From Cirrosporium novae-zelandiae (lineage: Eukaryota), in the NCBI GenBank assembly GCA_026023565.1, contig JAPETS010000002.1, positions 1,178,001-1,242,000 of the forward strand: a stretch of DNA of 64,000 nucleotides, read 5' to 3'. A program made the translations under genes and the position numbers. The notes under the pieces were generated by a model, which searched no databases, had not been told where the DNA came from, and was given only the letters and a program-made list of their open reading frames with translations. Shown here one piece after another: positions 25,557-38,702 of this stretch (position 1 is its first letter; every line of letters begins with the position of its first letter).

Positions 25557-28500
25557 ATGTTTCGACCTTATATTATGAGGTCTGTACGGAGGCCTCTGTT
25601 CCTTGGGCGACCGAGGCTTCCCGTACATCTCGGTGTCAGACCTTTCACTACGCCGGCCGTGGTACGCTGAGAATGGTCGATATAGACCTCCCAAATGTGA
25701 AAACTAACATGATCCCCTTCTAGGCTCCAAATGATTCCTTCCTCAGCGGTAACACCGCTAATTACATCGATGAGATGTACATGCAATGGAAAGAAGATCC
25801 CAAAAGCGTCCACGTCTCGTGGCGGGTTTACTTCCGAAATATGGAGGAAGGCAAAATGCCTACTTCCCAAGCCTTCGTTCCTCCACCTACCCTAGTTCCC
25901 TCTGCAGCTGCTGGAGTACCACAACATATGCCTGGCGCCGGCTTGGAAGGGGATGAAGCTTCCATAAATGTCACAAACCATTTGAAGGTTCAACTACTTG
26001 TCCGTGCATACCAAGCGAGAGGTCACCACAAAGCCAAAACCGATCCGTTGGGAATCCGTGGTGAAGCCGACCAGTTTGGTTACCGCAGACCAAAAGAGCT
26101 TGAATTGGATCACTATGGCTTTTCGGAAAAGGACCTGGACACCGAATTCACACTGGGACCTGGTATTCTACCTCGGTTCGAAACTGAAGCACGGAAAAAG
26201 ATGACCCTTCGAGAGATCATTGATGCTTGCGAAAGGATCTACTGCGGCTCATATGGCATTGAATACATCCACATCCCAGATAGGGTTAAATGTGATTGGC
26301 TTAGAAATCGGATAGAGATCCCCCAACCATACAAATATTCGGTGGACGAGAAAAGAAGAATTCTTGATCGTCTGATTTGGAGTACCAGCTTTGAATCGTT
26401 TTTGGCACAAAAGTTCCCAAATGATAAGAGGTTTGGGTTGGAAGGTGCCGAATCTCTGGTTCCTGGAATGAAAGCCTTGATTGATCGTAGCGTTGACTAT
26501 GGCATCAAGGACATTGTGATTGGTATGCCTCATCGTGGACGTTTGAATATTCTGAGTAATGTCGTCCGAAAACCCAATGAGTCTATCTTTAGTGAATTTA
26601 GCGGGTCCGTGGATCCGTCGGATGAAGGTTCGGGGGACGTTAAATACCATCTTGGGATGAACTTTGAACGACCAACACCTTCGGGCAAGCGTGTGCAACT
26701 TTCGCTTGTAGCCAACCCATCCCATCTGGAAGCCGAGGATCCCGTGGTGCTTGGTAAAACTCGTGCCATCCAACATTACAACAATGATGAGAAGGAGTTT
26801 ATATCCGCGATGGGTGTCCTCCTTCACGGAGATGCTGCATTCGCAGCCCAAGGCGTTGTCTACGAAACAATGGGCTTCCATTCGTTGCCAGCATACCAAA
26901 CCGGAGGTACTATCCATCTTATTGTCAATAACCAAATTGGTTTCACGACAGATCCTCGTTTCGCTCGTTCCACCCCTTACTGCTCTGATATTGCCAAAGC
27001 AATTGACGCGCCCGTGTTCCATGTTAATGGTGATGATGTCGAGGCATTGAATTACGTCTGCCAGCTGGCAGCAGATTGGCGTGCCGAGTTCAAGCATGAT
27101 GTCGTTATTGATATCGTGTGTTACCGGAAACAGGGTCACAACGAACTCGACCAGCCCGCCTTTACTCAACCCCTAATGTACAAGCGAATCAACGAACAAA
27201 AGACTTCGCTTAAGAAGTACATTGACAGATTGCTCGCCGATAACACTTTTACAAAGGATGATATCGATGAACATCAAAAATGGGTTTGGGGAATGCTTAA
27301 CGACAGCTTCGACCGGAGCAAGGATTACCAACCAACTGCTCGGGAATGGCTGACCTCTGCCTGGAATGGTTTCAAGTCCCCTAAAGAACTAGCAACTGAA
27401 ATTCTGCCTCACAATCCAACTGCTGTTGATGAGGATATCCTCAAGAAGATGGGCAATACCATTGCAACTGCACCCGAAGGCTTTACTGTTCACCGAAATC
27501 TCAAACGTATTCTAGCCAACCGAAAGAAGACGGTTGAAGAAGGCAAAAACATTGACTGGGCAACTGCCGAAGCACTTGCTTTTGGAACCCTTTGCCTTGA
27601 TGGTCACCATGTTCGTGTCTCTGGCCAGGATGTTGAGCGTGGTACCTTTTCTCAACGTCATGCTGTTCTCCATGACCAGGAAAATGAAAACACATATACC
27701 CCTCTACAACATGTTGATGATACACAAGGCTCATTCGTCATATCAAACTCGTCTCTGAGCGAGTTTGGTGCTCTAGGATTCGAATATGGATACTCTCTCT
27801 CTTCACCCAATGCCCTTGTGATGTGGGAAGCCCAATTTGGTGACTTTACTAACAATGCCCAATGCATTATTGATCAATTCATTGCCTCTGGAGAAATCAA
27901 ATGGCTACAGCGTACAGGTCTTGTCATGTCTCTACCTCATGGCTATGACGGACAAGGACCGGAGCATTCTTCCGGCCGCATGGAGAGATACCTACAACTT
28001 TGCAATGAAGATCCCAGGATTTTCCCTGCGCCAGACAAGCTTGATAGACAACATCAAGATTGCAATATGCAAGTCGCTTATATGACTACGCCAGCGAATC
28101 TTTTCCACATTCTGAGAAGACAGATGAACAGGCAATTCCGAAAACGTAGGTTCTTTTTTTTTTTTTTCCTTGGCATTCTAGCTAATAACTACTCACAGCT
28201 CTCATCCTCTTCTTCTCCAAATCCCTTCTCCGACACCCTCTTGCACGCTCCCCTCTCTCCGACTTCACCGGTGACTCCCACTTCCAATGGATCATCCCAG
28301 ATCCAGAACACGGCACAGGTGAAATCGACCCTCCCGAAGAAATCAACCGCATAATCCTCTGCTCGGGCCAAGTCTATGCCGCACTCCAAAAACACCGTCA
28401 GAACCACTCCATCCGTGACACCGCCATCACTCGCATCGAACAACTAAACCCCTTCCCCTGGTCACAACTCCGCGAAAACCTCGACCAGTACCCCAACGCC

Positions 28501-28740
28501 AAAAACATCATCTGGTGCCAGGAAGAGCCGCTCAATGCCGGTGCATGGAGCTTCACCCAGCCAAGACTTGAGACCCTCCTTAACAATACCGAACATCATG
28601 ACCATAAGCATGTGCTATATGCAGGCAGAGGTCCTAGTGCCAGTGTCGCTACGGGGTTGAAGAGCACGCACGTGAAGGAGGAGCAGGATTTGCTAGAAAT
28701 GGCATTTTCAGTCAAGCAAGATAAGTACAAGGGAGAGTAA
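25557..28740 (+). CDS. KGD1: 2-oxoglutarate dehydrogenase E1 component, mitochondrial
   Basis: Exons 25557-25661 (Arg-rich presequence), 25724-28145, 28199-28740. Motifs [29 protein letters not shown]-binding [10 protein letters not shown]...[28 protein letters not shown]. Confidence 0.98.
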
Positions 28741-29462
28741 ACGAGCGAGCAAATGAGAGGGTAGCTAGATGGATGGATGGATAGACAGGGTATGAAGAAA
28801 CCACGGGCAGTGTGTGTTTCGAGGAAATAAGCTGGGATGGGATGGGATAATCACAGAAAACTGGACTGGGATGAATGAACCCCGTGGCGGTACACCTGCC
28901 ATATAAATGAAAGGACAAGGAAACGGAAATCAGAAATTCTGGATTGATATTTCCACTTTCTCCCCCGAAGATGATAGCTACTCCTGGCTATAGAACTAGC
29001 TACTCCTATCTAGGTAGCTAGTGCTTCGCTTTACATGTATACATGACATGCATGCGATTGTATCGAACCTGATGGGATCGATACCTTTCTTAGCTTTATT
29101 ATATGTCTATGTTTTTTTCCAAGTTTTTTTTGTGTGTGTGTGTGTGTGTGTACTATAGATTCGCATATTCGGGGTGCGTTATGGGTTGCGTTTATGGGTG
29201 TACTATTAGTTTATTACCTTGGGTAATTAGGGCTTGCAATGGATGAACTTGTTTTTATAAGATTTTTTTAGGGAAGTTCTGGGGGATAATGGGTATGTAC
29301 TGTACATGTATTACTTTTGTGGTAATTATCGGAATTGGAGGGTGGGGTGAATAGGGGGGCGTAGGTAGGTAGGTAGGGATATAAAAATGTTGCATATAAT
29401 AAGCATATAGTCTATATAGGCAGGAGATAAACCACCAACCCCATCATCGAGTCAAACCAAAC

Positions 29463-31519
29463 TCAACCCACAACCACCTCAGCCCCGATACCCGCACCAC
29501 CACCACCACCCCCCTCCTTCATCTCCGCCGCCAACGCCTCCTGATACCTCTCCAACGCCCTCGCAATAGCCCTAACCGTCGGCTCCATAACCCGCATCAC
29601 CACCTCCTTTCCACCCCCCACACTCTCCAACTCCCTCTCAATATGGTCCTGCCTAATCCTACGCCCCGTATCCCGCATCCTTTGCTGAAAATAGCGTTTC
29701 TTTGCCGCAATGGCCTCTTCGCGGAGCCTTTCTGCGTCTTCGGCTACGGCTGCAATGCGTGCGAGCGAGTTGTTGAGGGATTCGATGAGTCCTGGGATTT
29801 CGGAGGCGCGGTCGGCGGAGCCGGAGAGGAATGTGTTCCAGAAGTGGTGCAGGAATTCGGTGGTTGTTTTGTGGGTTGTTGAGAGGGAGGTGCAGATTTG
29901 CGCGGGGAGGGTTGTCGTTGTGGTGGTTAGGGGGAGGGTGTTGGAGGTGGAAATGGTGGCGGTGGGGGCGGGGGATTGGAGAATTGTGTGCATAATGTGG
30001 GTTTTTGCGGCTGTGAGGCTGCGTTTGCTGCTGGTGTGGTGAGTGTGGGTGGGAGAGGAGTTGGAGTTGGAGTCGGAGTCGGAGTCGGAGTCCGGGTCGA
30101 TGGCGATGGCTGCGTCGAGGTTTAGTTCGCCGTTGTGGCTCTGGCTGATTCCTGTTGCGAGATCCTGGTTTATTTCTAAGAGCAGCGCGTGTGGGTTTTG
30201 GTGTAGCTGTTGCAGCGCGATGGAGAATCCCTCGTCAGGCACTTTGTCGCCGAAGAATTTGCTTTGCTCTTTGAGGTCTAGGATTATGCGGTTGACTTCG
30301 GGCTCGGGTTCCAGGTCCCGCAGCTGGAGCTGGTTAAAGGTTTCTTCGTCGACGCCGATGGGTTTTGAGGGATCTGCGTCTTGGGGGACTACGTTGGATA
30401 GCATCTTTTCACTCATGCTGTTCAGAGTTCGGATGATGGGTATTTTGTTTACGGCGGTGGGGCGCATCATAATATCTGGTGCGTTACCTTGTTTTTGGCT
30501 ATGGTTTTCTTCGTTTCCTTCAAGGTCAATGATAAGAGGGACATGGATGGAGTCGAGTCGTTTGCTCCGGTCGACGTCGTCCTCCATATTAAGATACTTG
30601 TCTAGAATTTGGTCGGTTGCATCGCTGTCCATTATTCTATCTCCTTTGAGCTTCTTGAAAAGTCGGCTCTGAAAAAATCGGGACCAGAATGCTGTCTCAC
30701 TAAGCCTTGGGACGTTTTCATCATATACTCGTCTCAGTAATGGATGTTGGTTGAACATTAGATCGAACTGTTCCTTGCTAATGCTCAGACTGGCACGATT
30801 GTCCACCATCTGTGGTTTAATGGTTGCCAGGACATTATAAGCTCCCCTTGTTTGGCTCTTCTCAATAGCATGCGCTCGTAGGAGGGGAATTCTTGAGGCC
30901 CAGAACTGCTTTGTAAATTGTATCTCGGATATCGAATCCGGTTTTGCTTTTACGGCTTCCTGGAAAGTACTTTTGAGAGATGCATTTGCCTCTAATAAAG
31001 ATATCTGCAGTTCAATGTTGGATTTCAGCTGATTATCATCGTCCCATTTGTTCCTTTCATTTCCACCCTGGTTGAGCGCACCCACGATGGCCATGGCTGC
31101 AGAGGAGCCTCCAGCATCCGCCGTTGGTGTCGACGTACTAGCCTTGGCAGCATTGATACCCGTACTAAGAGCATCTTTAATCACATCCGCCTCCGCTCGC
31201 GCCGTAGCTTGCGAGGTAAATGAAAAGACATGCGATGTTTGAGCAGCTGCTCCCGGTGGTTGTTCGAAGACTTTAAGTGCCACTTTAGCGGCGGTAGCAG
31301 GAGTTTGCTGGAGATCTTATCCAGGATAGAACAGTAGATTAGTTTCTACCATCCTAAGGCATAACCATCATACTCACTAGTGATTGCGGATACCGGTAAG
31401 CTCAATGTGGGAGAAGCTCCTGGGGTAGTTGGGATCCATGTGAGCAACTGAGAGGCTAGAGAATAGGTCAATGTGCCCTCTTTCTTCTTATACGTAGTTG
31501 CGCCATTTAACGAGGCCAT
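29463..31519 (-). CDS. TFB1: TFIIH subunit Tfb1/p62 (PH domain plus BSD domains)
   Basis: Exons 31519-31378 and 31315-29463 (AAG acceptor restores ITNLQQTP). Motifs YKKKEGTL, RGAYNVLATIKP, FWSRFFQSRLFKKLKG, IIDLEGNEENHSQKQGN. Confidence 0.92.
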
Positions 31520-31748
31520 CTTTTTCTATTTCTTTTTTTTTTTAATCGTAATTGGAGAGCAGCTCAAATAAGATCATAACTTTTACGTTGAATGGGTTCC
31601 CCAACGGACGCAAGCTCTCTTCCTCTCACAAGTTTTGTTTTGACTTGCTCGTTGCTAGAAATCCATGTAAATACTTTTTTTGTATAATTTGCAGTGGTGG
31701 ATATACCTATTTGATAGTTGCCTAGTTTCAAAGAATAGAGAGGTGTTT

Positions 31749-31772
31749 TTACGTCAAGTATTCTGATTGGCT
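31749..31772. promoter_or_regulatory. CRE-like site (TTACGTCA) next to a CCAAT box (AGCCAATCAG on the minus strand) in the TFB1/SOD2 bidirectional promoter
   Basis: TTACGTCA at 31749-31756 and CTGATTGGCT at 31763-31772 match AtfA/Atf1 and Hap/CBC consensus sites. Function is inferred. Confidence 0.45.
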
Positions 31773-32081
31773 GTGATTTGTAACAGTAGAAGGATGAGTA
31801 AGGTGGAGAAGATTGAAGGGATCGAGACTGTCGGAGAACTTCTGCTGTACGTAGAGCTTCGCTGAATATGACGTTTTGTATCCGAGACCGAAATCCTCGC
31901 ACTTTTTCATCCAACCCCCCCAACATATAAACACTCCACTCCACTCCACTTGTTTGCTGATTAAATCGAGCTTCGATTAACAACCAAAAAAATATTCAAT
32001 TGACACTCTCCACTCCGTGTATCCAAATATTAATCGAGTTGATTCCCATATTATACCTACTACTCTAACCAAAACACAATC

Positions 32082-32961
32082 ATGGCTTCCACTCTTCTCA
32101 AGACATCTACAGCCCGTACAGCTCTCAAAGCCATCGGGTCCTCCTCTACCAGGGCCGGAATGTCCGGTATCACCTTCACACGAGGGAAAGCAACCCTCCC
32201 AGACCTTCCCTGTATGTCACTATTCCTCATTCTCCAATACAAATACTAACAATGAACCCCACGCAGATGACTACGGAGCCCTAGAACCCGCCATCTCCGG
32301 CAAGATTATGGAAATCCACCACAACAATCACCACCAAACATACGTAACGAACCTTAACACCGCCCTCGATAAACTAGAAGACGCAAAGGGTGCCTCCCAC
32401 ATCCAAGCCCAGATCGCCCTGCAGCCCGCACTCAATTTCAACGGCGGGGGACATATCAACCACAGCTTGTTCTGGGAAAACCTCACTCCCAAATCATCCT
32501 ACGAGCCACCGTCTGGAGCCCTGGGGAAGGAAATTGATTCTACATATGGCAGCCTCGAAAACATGCAGTCGAGATTCAATACCGCATTGGCAAGTATCCA
32601 AGGCAGCGGATGGGCGTGGCTAGTCAAGGACAAGGAAACCAATGAACTTGCTATTAAGACTTATGCCGTATGCATTCCTGCCTTTCTTTGCCCTCAATTC
32701 TTAGGTACTACCTAGAACCCAGCTCTGACCGTTCCGCAGAACCAAGACCCCGTCATCGGCCAGTACATCCCCATACTCGGCATTGACGCCTGGGAACACG
32801 CTTACTAGTAAGCAACATCACTAATTCACCATCTATCCTCGCAACCCATATACTAACAATCCACCCGTAGTCTCCAATACCAAAACCGCAAAGTCGAATA
32901 TTTCAAGGCTATCTGGCAAGTCATCAACTGGAAGACAGCCGAGAAGCGTTTCGCTGCGTAA
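32082..32961 (+). CDS. SOD2: Mitochondrial Mn superoxide dismutase
   Basis: Exons 32082-32211, 32267-32667, 32740-32807, 32871-32961. Presequence followed by LPDLPYDYGALEP, HHNNHHQTYV, FNGGGHINHSLFW, QGSGWAWL, DAWEHAYYLQY. Confidence 0.97.
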
Positions 32962-33230
32962 GCTCCGCGAGGGGAGAGTAACGAGTAGAATAGCAAGCCT
33001 TCAATGCCTAGTGATGATGATGTAATTATTCCTGTATCTAAAAGCCGTGTTTCTTTGCGGAATTTTATTGCTGTAATGCTAATTCGGTTGTCATGTTCCG
33101 ATACTAGTCACTACGTAGTCTGTTCATGGCTGTAATTTTTTCCAAAAAAAAAAACATAGATGATCAATCAAGGCTCCCCCACCACGTGCCCTCCACTATC
33201 AGCATAATAAAAAAGAAAAGAAAAAAGAAA

Positions 33231-35025
33231 TCACCAAATCTTCACATACGTCCCCACCCTCCTCCAAACCGGCATCCTATAATACTTATCCAACATCTCA
33301 ATCTCCTCCACACTAAGCGTGCGCCTCCCCGTTTTCAGATCCGCCGTCCTCGGATCCCTCAGCTTAGTCCTTGGATACACGAACTTAAACCCCACAAACC
33401 CAACCAGCACCAGTAGAACCCCAATGAAGTATTCGAAAAACGAGTACACGGACACGGAGTCGGAGCCCACGGGCAGGAGACCCGTATAGATGAGGGAGGT
33501 GAGGAGGAGAGTACCGATCAGGAAGAGCCAGGTTGGGGGGAACGGATACAGCGTGCAGCGATAGGCATAGGTTTCGGTAAACAGGGGATCGTTCTGGGCT
33601 TTGATGGCCGCGCGGAAACGGAACGAGGTGATGGAGACGATGATCCAGACGAGCATGAACGAGGAGGAAATGACATTGGAGAGCCAGGTAAAGACGATGG
33701 CGCCCGTGTTGCTGAGGTTGATGTACGTGAGCATGATGGCGATCCCCCCCGTGATGGCGAGGCTCCATCGCGGGCGGCCCTTGGAGTCGATGCGCGCGAT
33801 GAATTTCGGGAGGAGACCTTGATGCGACATGGCGCGGAGGATCCGTGAGGAGATGTAGACGCTCTCGACGGCGACGCTCAGGATGCCTAGAATCACGATT
33901 ACGTTGACGAAGTCTGGGAGGCCCTGGATTCCGGCGTCGTTGAGGGCGATTACGAAGGGCGAGGCGGAGCTACTGGAGCCGCTGAATAGGCGGGGTTCGT
34001 CTTGGGGGACGAGGATACCGATCACGACTACGGAAAGCAGGAATACGACTGTGACGCGTAGCGGGACGAGCTTCGTGGCGTGCGCCATGGAGAATCGCGG
34101 GGATGCAGATTCGCCGGCCATGATTCCCGTGAATACCTGGTCGCCCATGGCCCAGATGGCGATGAGCATGGCGTTGCCGAAGCCTTGGAACCCGTTGGCG
34201 AATGCTGGATAGTCTCGCCAAGTTTCACCGTTATGGACTTTGCCAGCTGGGCCGGCTCCGCCAATCATGGCAAAGCATGCGACGATGATGATGAAGAATG
34301 CGACGATTTTTAATATGCAGACCACGTACTCAAACCACGCGAACCATTTGTTGGGCATGATGAAGATGCACATGCAGGCGGCGACAAACACGGAGACTTA
34401 AAGTTCTGGGTTAGCAAATTATGTATACCTCATCAGCGACCCCTCTTCTTGGTTTCTTGACGACTCACGCCAAACTGCTTCGTGAACTGATCCATCTGCC
34501 CAGTAATTGACTAGTGTATTAAACACCAAAGCCTCAGCGGAGGTCGTCGCGGTCCATCCTAACCATTCTGCAAATCCGACTGCAAACGCTGCGGCGGGGT
34601 CAACCCAACGATCTGCAAAGTTGACAAAGTTTCCCGAAACTGGAAAGGCGATTGTCATTTCTGATAATGTTTGTAGCACTACGGTGACGCCTGTGCATAC
34701 AAGGACATAGGCTAGAAACACGGCGCCGGGCCCTCCTATACGTGTACATGACCACTGGTTAGAGATTAAAACATTATTATTATTATAAAAGGGAGGCTAA
34801 GCGGGTATCGAAATTGATCTCACCATTTGCCAGGGCTTTTCCGGTTACGACCCAATATCCGGCTCCAAGCTGGGAACCTAGAGATATGACATGAATCTGT
34901 CTTGGAGTAAAATCTCTTCGAAACCCCTCGTCAATAGGAATTGTGTCCTTGATCTCTCCCTCTAAGACTTCTGGGGGGGACTTCGGCTCAGGACTCTTGA
35001 TATCGAAACTATTCTTCTCTTCCAT
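33231..35025 (-). CDS. Amino acid permease (APC superfamily, yeast amino acid transporter type), substrate unknown
   Basis: Exons 35025-34824, 34735-34469, 34396-33231. Motifs RQIHVISLGSQLGAG...GGPG, FPVSGNFVNFADRWVDPA, AGESASPR, SPFVIA; about 12 hydrophobic segments; C-terminal DLKTGRR. Confidence 0.92.
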
Positions 35026-35102
35026 CGTGTCTGACGGCAATGTTCTCACGTCCACTCTAGTCTGATGTTAGATTCCTCTTTGTAAAAAAGCCAATTCCGC
35101 TA

Positions 35103-36600
35103 GATAAAAGAGCGTAGAAGGACTGATTTTAGACTTCAAGGAACATCGCAACCCATTTTATAGGCCCAAGCCATTAGAAGTAGGAGAATCGTTATCACAA
35201 CAGCAAAAAATAGCTCCACGAAGCTTGTTTATCCATTACTGAGATCCATCCCAGCCCAGTCCCCTTCCTCCAAGAGAAGCTCCCCGGTCCGTAATCAATT
35301 ACCGCTGTCACCACAACCAGTTATCTAACCATCTGGAAAGCATCCCGAAAAAAAAAGACTAGAGTTAAAAAAAAAGTAGTGTTGGCATAGCATTGGAGTA
35401 AGTGTCAGATCTGGTAATAGCCCTCCTCAAACAGGATCTTCACCTTATCCATGTTTAAGATTTTACTACTTTGAAAGTCAAATCATCATCATCTGCAAGG
35501 TAATATCTCATATCTTCATTATCAACATGGATCGGCACGTTGGTTATCAAAGGGCTCGGCCGAACAGACAGAGGGGGCAAGGGGGATTGATGGATATGTA
35601 TATCAATCAGTAGGGGAACAGGACATCTCCGCATAATTAACTTGAATCTGGGAGGCTTGAGCTTGGTGTAGAATAAGGCTTGCATATTATATATATAGTT
35701 TCAAGCAAGAAGAAGCCTAATAAGAATTGGTAGAGTTAAGTTGATAATAATGTTAATTATTAGACAAGGGGAAGGAGTCAAAGAAGAAGATTCGTAAATT
35801 TCTTGGACGTAAAAAGGGATTGATAGATAACGCTCAAAGGAGCAGTCGGCGTGAAAGGCAATGATGTTGTTGAGTATGTCCTGTAAATGTGGCCCGAGCG
35901 TCAAATATACCTTTTCGGTGTAGAGAATTTGATAACGACCCTCCCTCCTCCTCTTGAATTATCCTTGGAATGAAACCAGGGTTAATCGTTATAACCTTCC
36001 TGCATGGTATTCCCCTAGGAGAGATAAACCACTGTCATGTCATACATTATGTCCCTTGGCATTCTGCCAACCAACATATCTGAACCTTACTATGTTCCTG
36101 TCCTTGTCCCCCAGGATAAGTACACAGTAAGGTCCTTGAGCGATAGGACGGACATCTGCTTCAAATGGCTTGAAGCAATGCATGTCCACACCTCGATTTC
36201 CTTTTATGGATCTTATTAAAAAAAGTTTCATCCTCATTGGAAGCTTCGCACAAGTCCTTGTGACAACAACAACCCAACGCCTAAAGCCGATAGATATAAT
36301 ATCCCCTCCCCCGCCTCGTATATGGCTGCCCCGCTTAACCCCTCCAGAATTACTCGAGTACAATTCTATCTTCCTTCTATTTTGCCGTTGTTGTCTCATA
36401 CATTTTTTGTATAGGTAAAAAAAAGCTGTTTCTCTGTTGCTGCGAACGATGACAATATCTCACTCTCGGATTAAAACGGACCACCATTGATTGAATTATC
36501 CCATGTCCTTTGTTTCGTGTGTGTGTCGAGAAATATATATCTATATTTAAGAATCTCTCCGCTCAATAACTCTCCCTCTCTCGCAGGCATTATTTTTATC
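35103..36600. promoter_or_regulatory. GATA-site-rich bidirectional promoter (candidate AreA/nitrogen-regulated)
   Basis: About 15 GATAA/TTATC occurrences counted by eye (35103, 35192, 35229, 35321, 35445, 35519, 35544, 35743, 35826, 35931, 35959, 36023, 36115, 36496, 36596). Confidence 0.55.
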
Positions 36601-36676
36601 CATTCCATCTCAGCAGCAAACCAAAGCAATATATTTTTATATATTAAAAAGTCTTGTCTATCATCGAAGGAAAAAA

Positions 36677-37843
36677 ATGCCATCCTCAACTGCGCCGTCA
36701 GTCCCTCGCGTTGATGCTTCAGACGTCGAAGGGTGTATTGAAGCCATCAAAGAGCACGGATGTGTCATCATTGAAAACTTCACCACCCGAGATCTCGTCG
36801 AGAAAGTAAACGCCGAGACGCGTCCCTACCTCGATGCCGACAAGCCTTGGAAGGTAGGCTTATTCAAAACCTTCAAAGCCGTAAACGGCCCCCCTCCCCT
36901 GGATATCAATATCCTTCCCACCCAAGCAGTTCAGAAAATACTAAAACAGATATCCCCTCTTAATCTAGGGCGCCCTCTTCCCCGAAGCAACCCGCCGCTG
37001 CAACCGGCTCGTCTCCCGCAGCCCCACCTTCCGCACCCACTGGCTCACCAGCCCTACCGCCGACAAAATCTCAAAAACCTTCATCAGCAAAACCACCCAC
37101 AACTTCTACGGCAACGAAAAACACACCTACACCACGGATCCCATCATCGACATCGCCCTAACCATGGAGGTAAACCCGGGCTCCTACGCCCAGCGCCTGC
37201 ACCGCGACGACAAGAACCACCACGTCGACCACATCGACCAGACTAAAACGGGCTACCAGATGGGCCAGGATGTCGGCATTGCGTTCTTGGTTCCCGGGAC
37301 GGAAACTACGTATGAGAATGGGGCTACGATGGCTATTCCGGGATCCCACCTCTGGGGCCCCGATCGCGCGCCCCAGATCGAGGAGGCCGCTCCCGTGCTC
37401 ATGAAACCAGGCGAGTGCCTCGCATTCCTCGGTTCCCTCTACCACGGCGGTGGCACAAATACCACAAAGGACGTCCGCCGTCCAATGCATTCTTTCTTCT
37501 TCTGTCGTGGTACCCTTCGTGGAGAAGTAAGCCTTATATCCCCCTTCCCCTTCCCCTTTCCCCATTCCCCATTCCCCATTCCCCATTCCCCATTCACAAC
37601 CAACCCCACTTATATTGATAGGAAAACCCCTACCTCACCTACACCAAAGAAGAAGTCCTATCCTGGGCCCCCGAAGTCCAAAAGAAAATGGGCTATACAC
37701 CATCCAGTCCTAATATCAATGTTGTGGATTTTATGAATCCGATTGATGTGCTTAAGGGGGTTGTGAGGGAGAGTTATGGGGATGTGGATCCGGAGCCGGA
37801 GATGGAGATTGTGAATGCGAAGGAGGCTGTTGCCGTTGCGTGA
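36677..37843 (+). CDS. Fe(II)/2-oxoglutarate dioxygenase, phytanoyl-CoA dioxygenase (PhyH) family, ~318 aa
   Basis: Exons 36677-36853, 36969-37526, 37622-37843. Contains GALFPEATRRC, the HxD facial triad in AQRLHRDD, ENGAT..IPGSHLW, and distal His/Arg in LYHGGGTNTTKDVR. Confidence 0.92.
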
Positions 37844-38702
37844 AATTTAACTAGGTATGGTAGCTTTGCAATAAATATCGATACTTGCTATAATTTTCTT
37901 TTTTTTTTCTTTTCTGAGAGCAAAACGCGGATGATTTGGTTGAAGTGGAATGACATGGAATGAAACGAGGAATTTCGTTGAAAAAGTGATCTATAAAGAA
38001 GAACACTGATCCTAGTGTGTGACCAATCACTAGTGCTCTTAGGAATCAAACCCAACTTGGTATTTATATCATCGGACATAGATATCTATAAAACTAGGTA
38101 AACTGGGGTAACCCACCAAGTTCCTTTTCTTTTTCAAGTTATACTGTAATAGTCTATAATTACGTTCCTTGAAATGAACCCAAGAAAGATCAAAACTCAA
38201 TTGTTTTAAATTCTTTTTCGTAATAGGATAAAAGGTAAAAAGTTAGCAATAAAGAAGAAAGAAGACACCTGTGTTGTTTCAAAACCCCCTATCCCACTCC
38301 AAAACTTGAACGGTTGTTCAAACTAAGCTACGCTATTGCTATTTGCCTCCATGTCATCCCATCTATACCTCTTCCTTCCTCCTCCTGTGCCACCTATCTA
38401 TGATTCACACTCCATCATCCGACTCCCCAACATACATAAGCCTTCCAGCCTTCTGGACTTTCATGGTACCGAGTTACCATCAATCAGCGGGTTCCCTAGG
38501 ATGTGTAAAACAAAGGGGGATTTGTTTCATTGAGGAAGGGTTTAAAGACCATAGCGACAGGACAGGGTAAGAATCGAACATCGAAGAAGGGATCTGAACA
38601 AAAGTTTATATGGATAAAGTGTACTTTTGTTGCATCAAGGCTCGCTGCATCATACCATATCCATCATACGGCCGTTATGGGTTGGTTGTCCCGGGATCAA
38701 AC

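Noticed and set aside
26249..27169. 306-aa minus-strand ORF
   Set aside because: Antisense to the highly conserved KGD1 coding sequence, with no recognisable motif.
13907..32961. Manganese cluster (Nramp plus MnSOD)
   Set aside because: The genes are 16 kb apart with unrelated genes between them, so this is probably coincidental.
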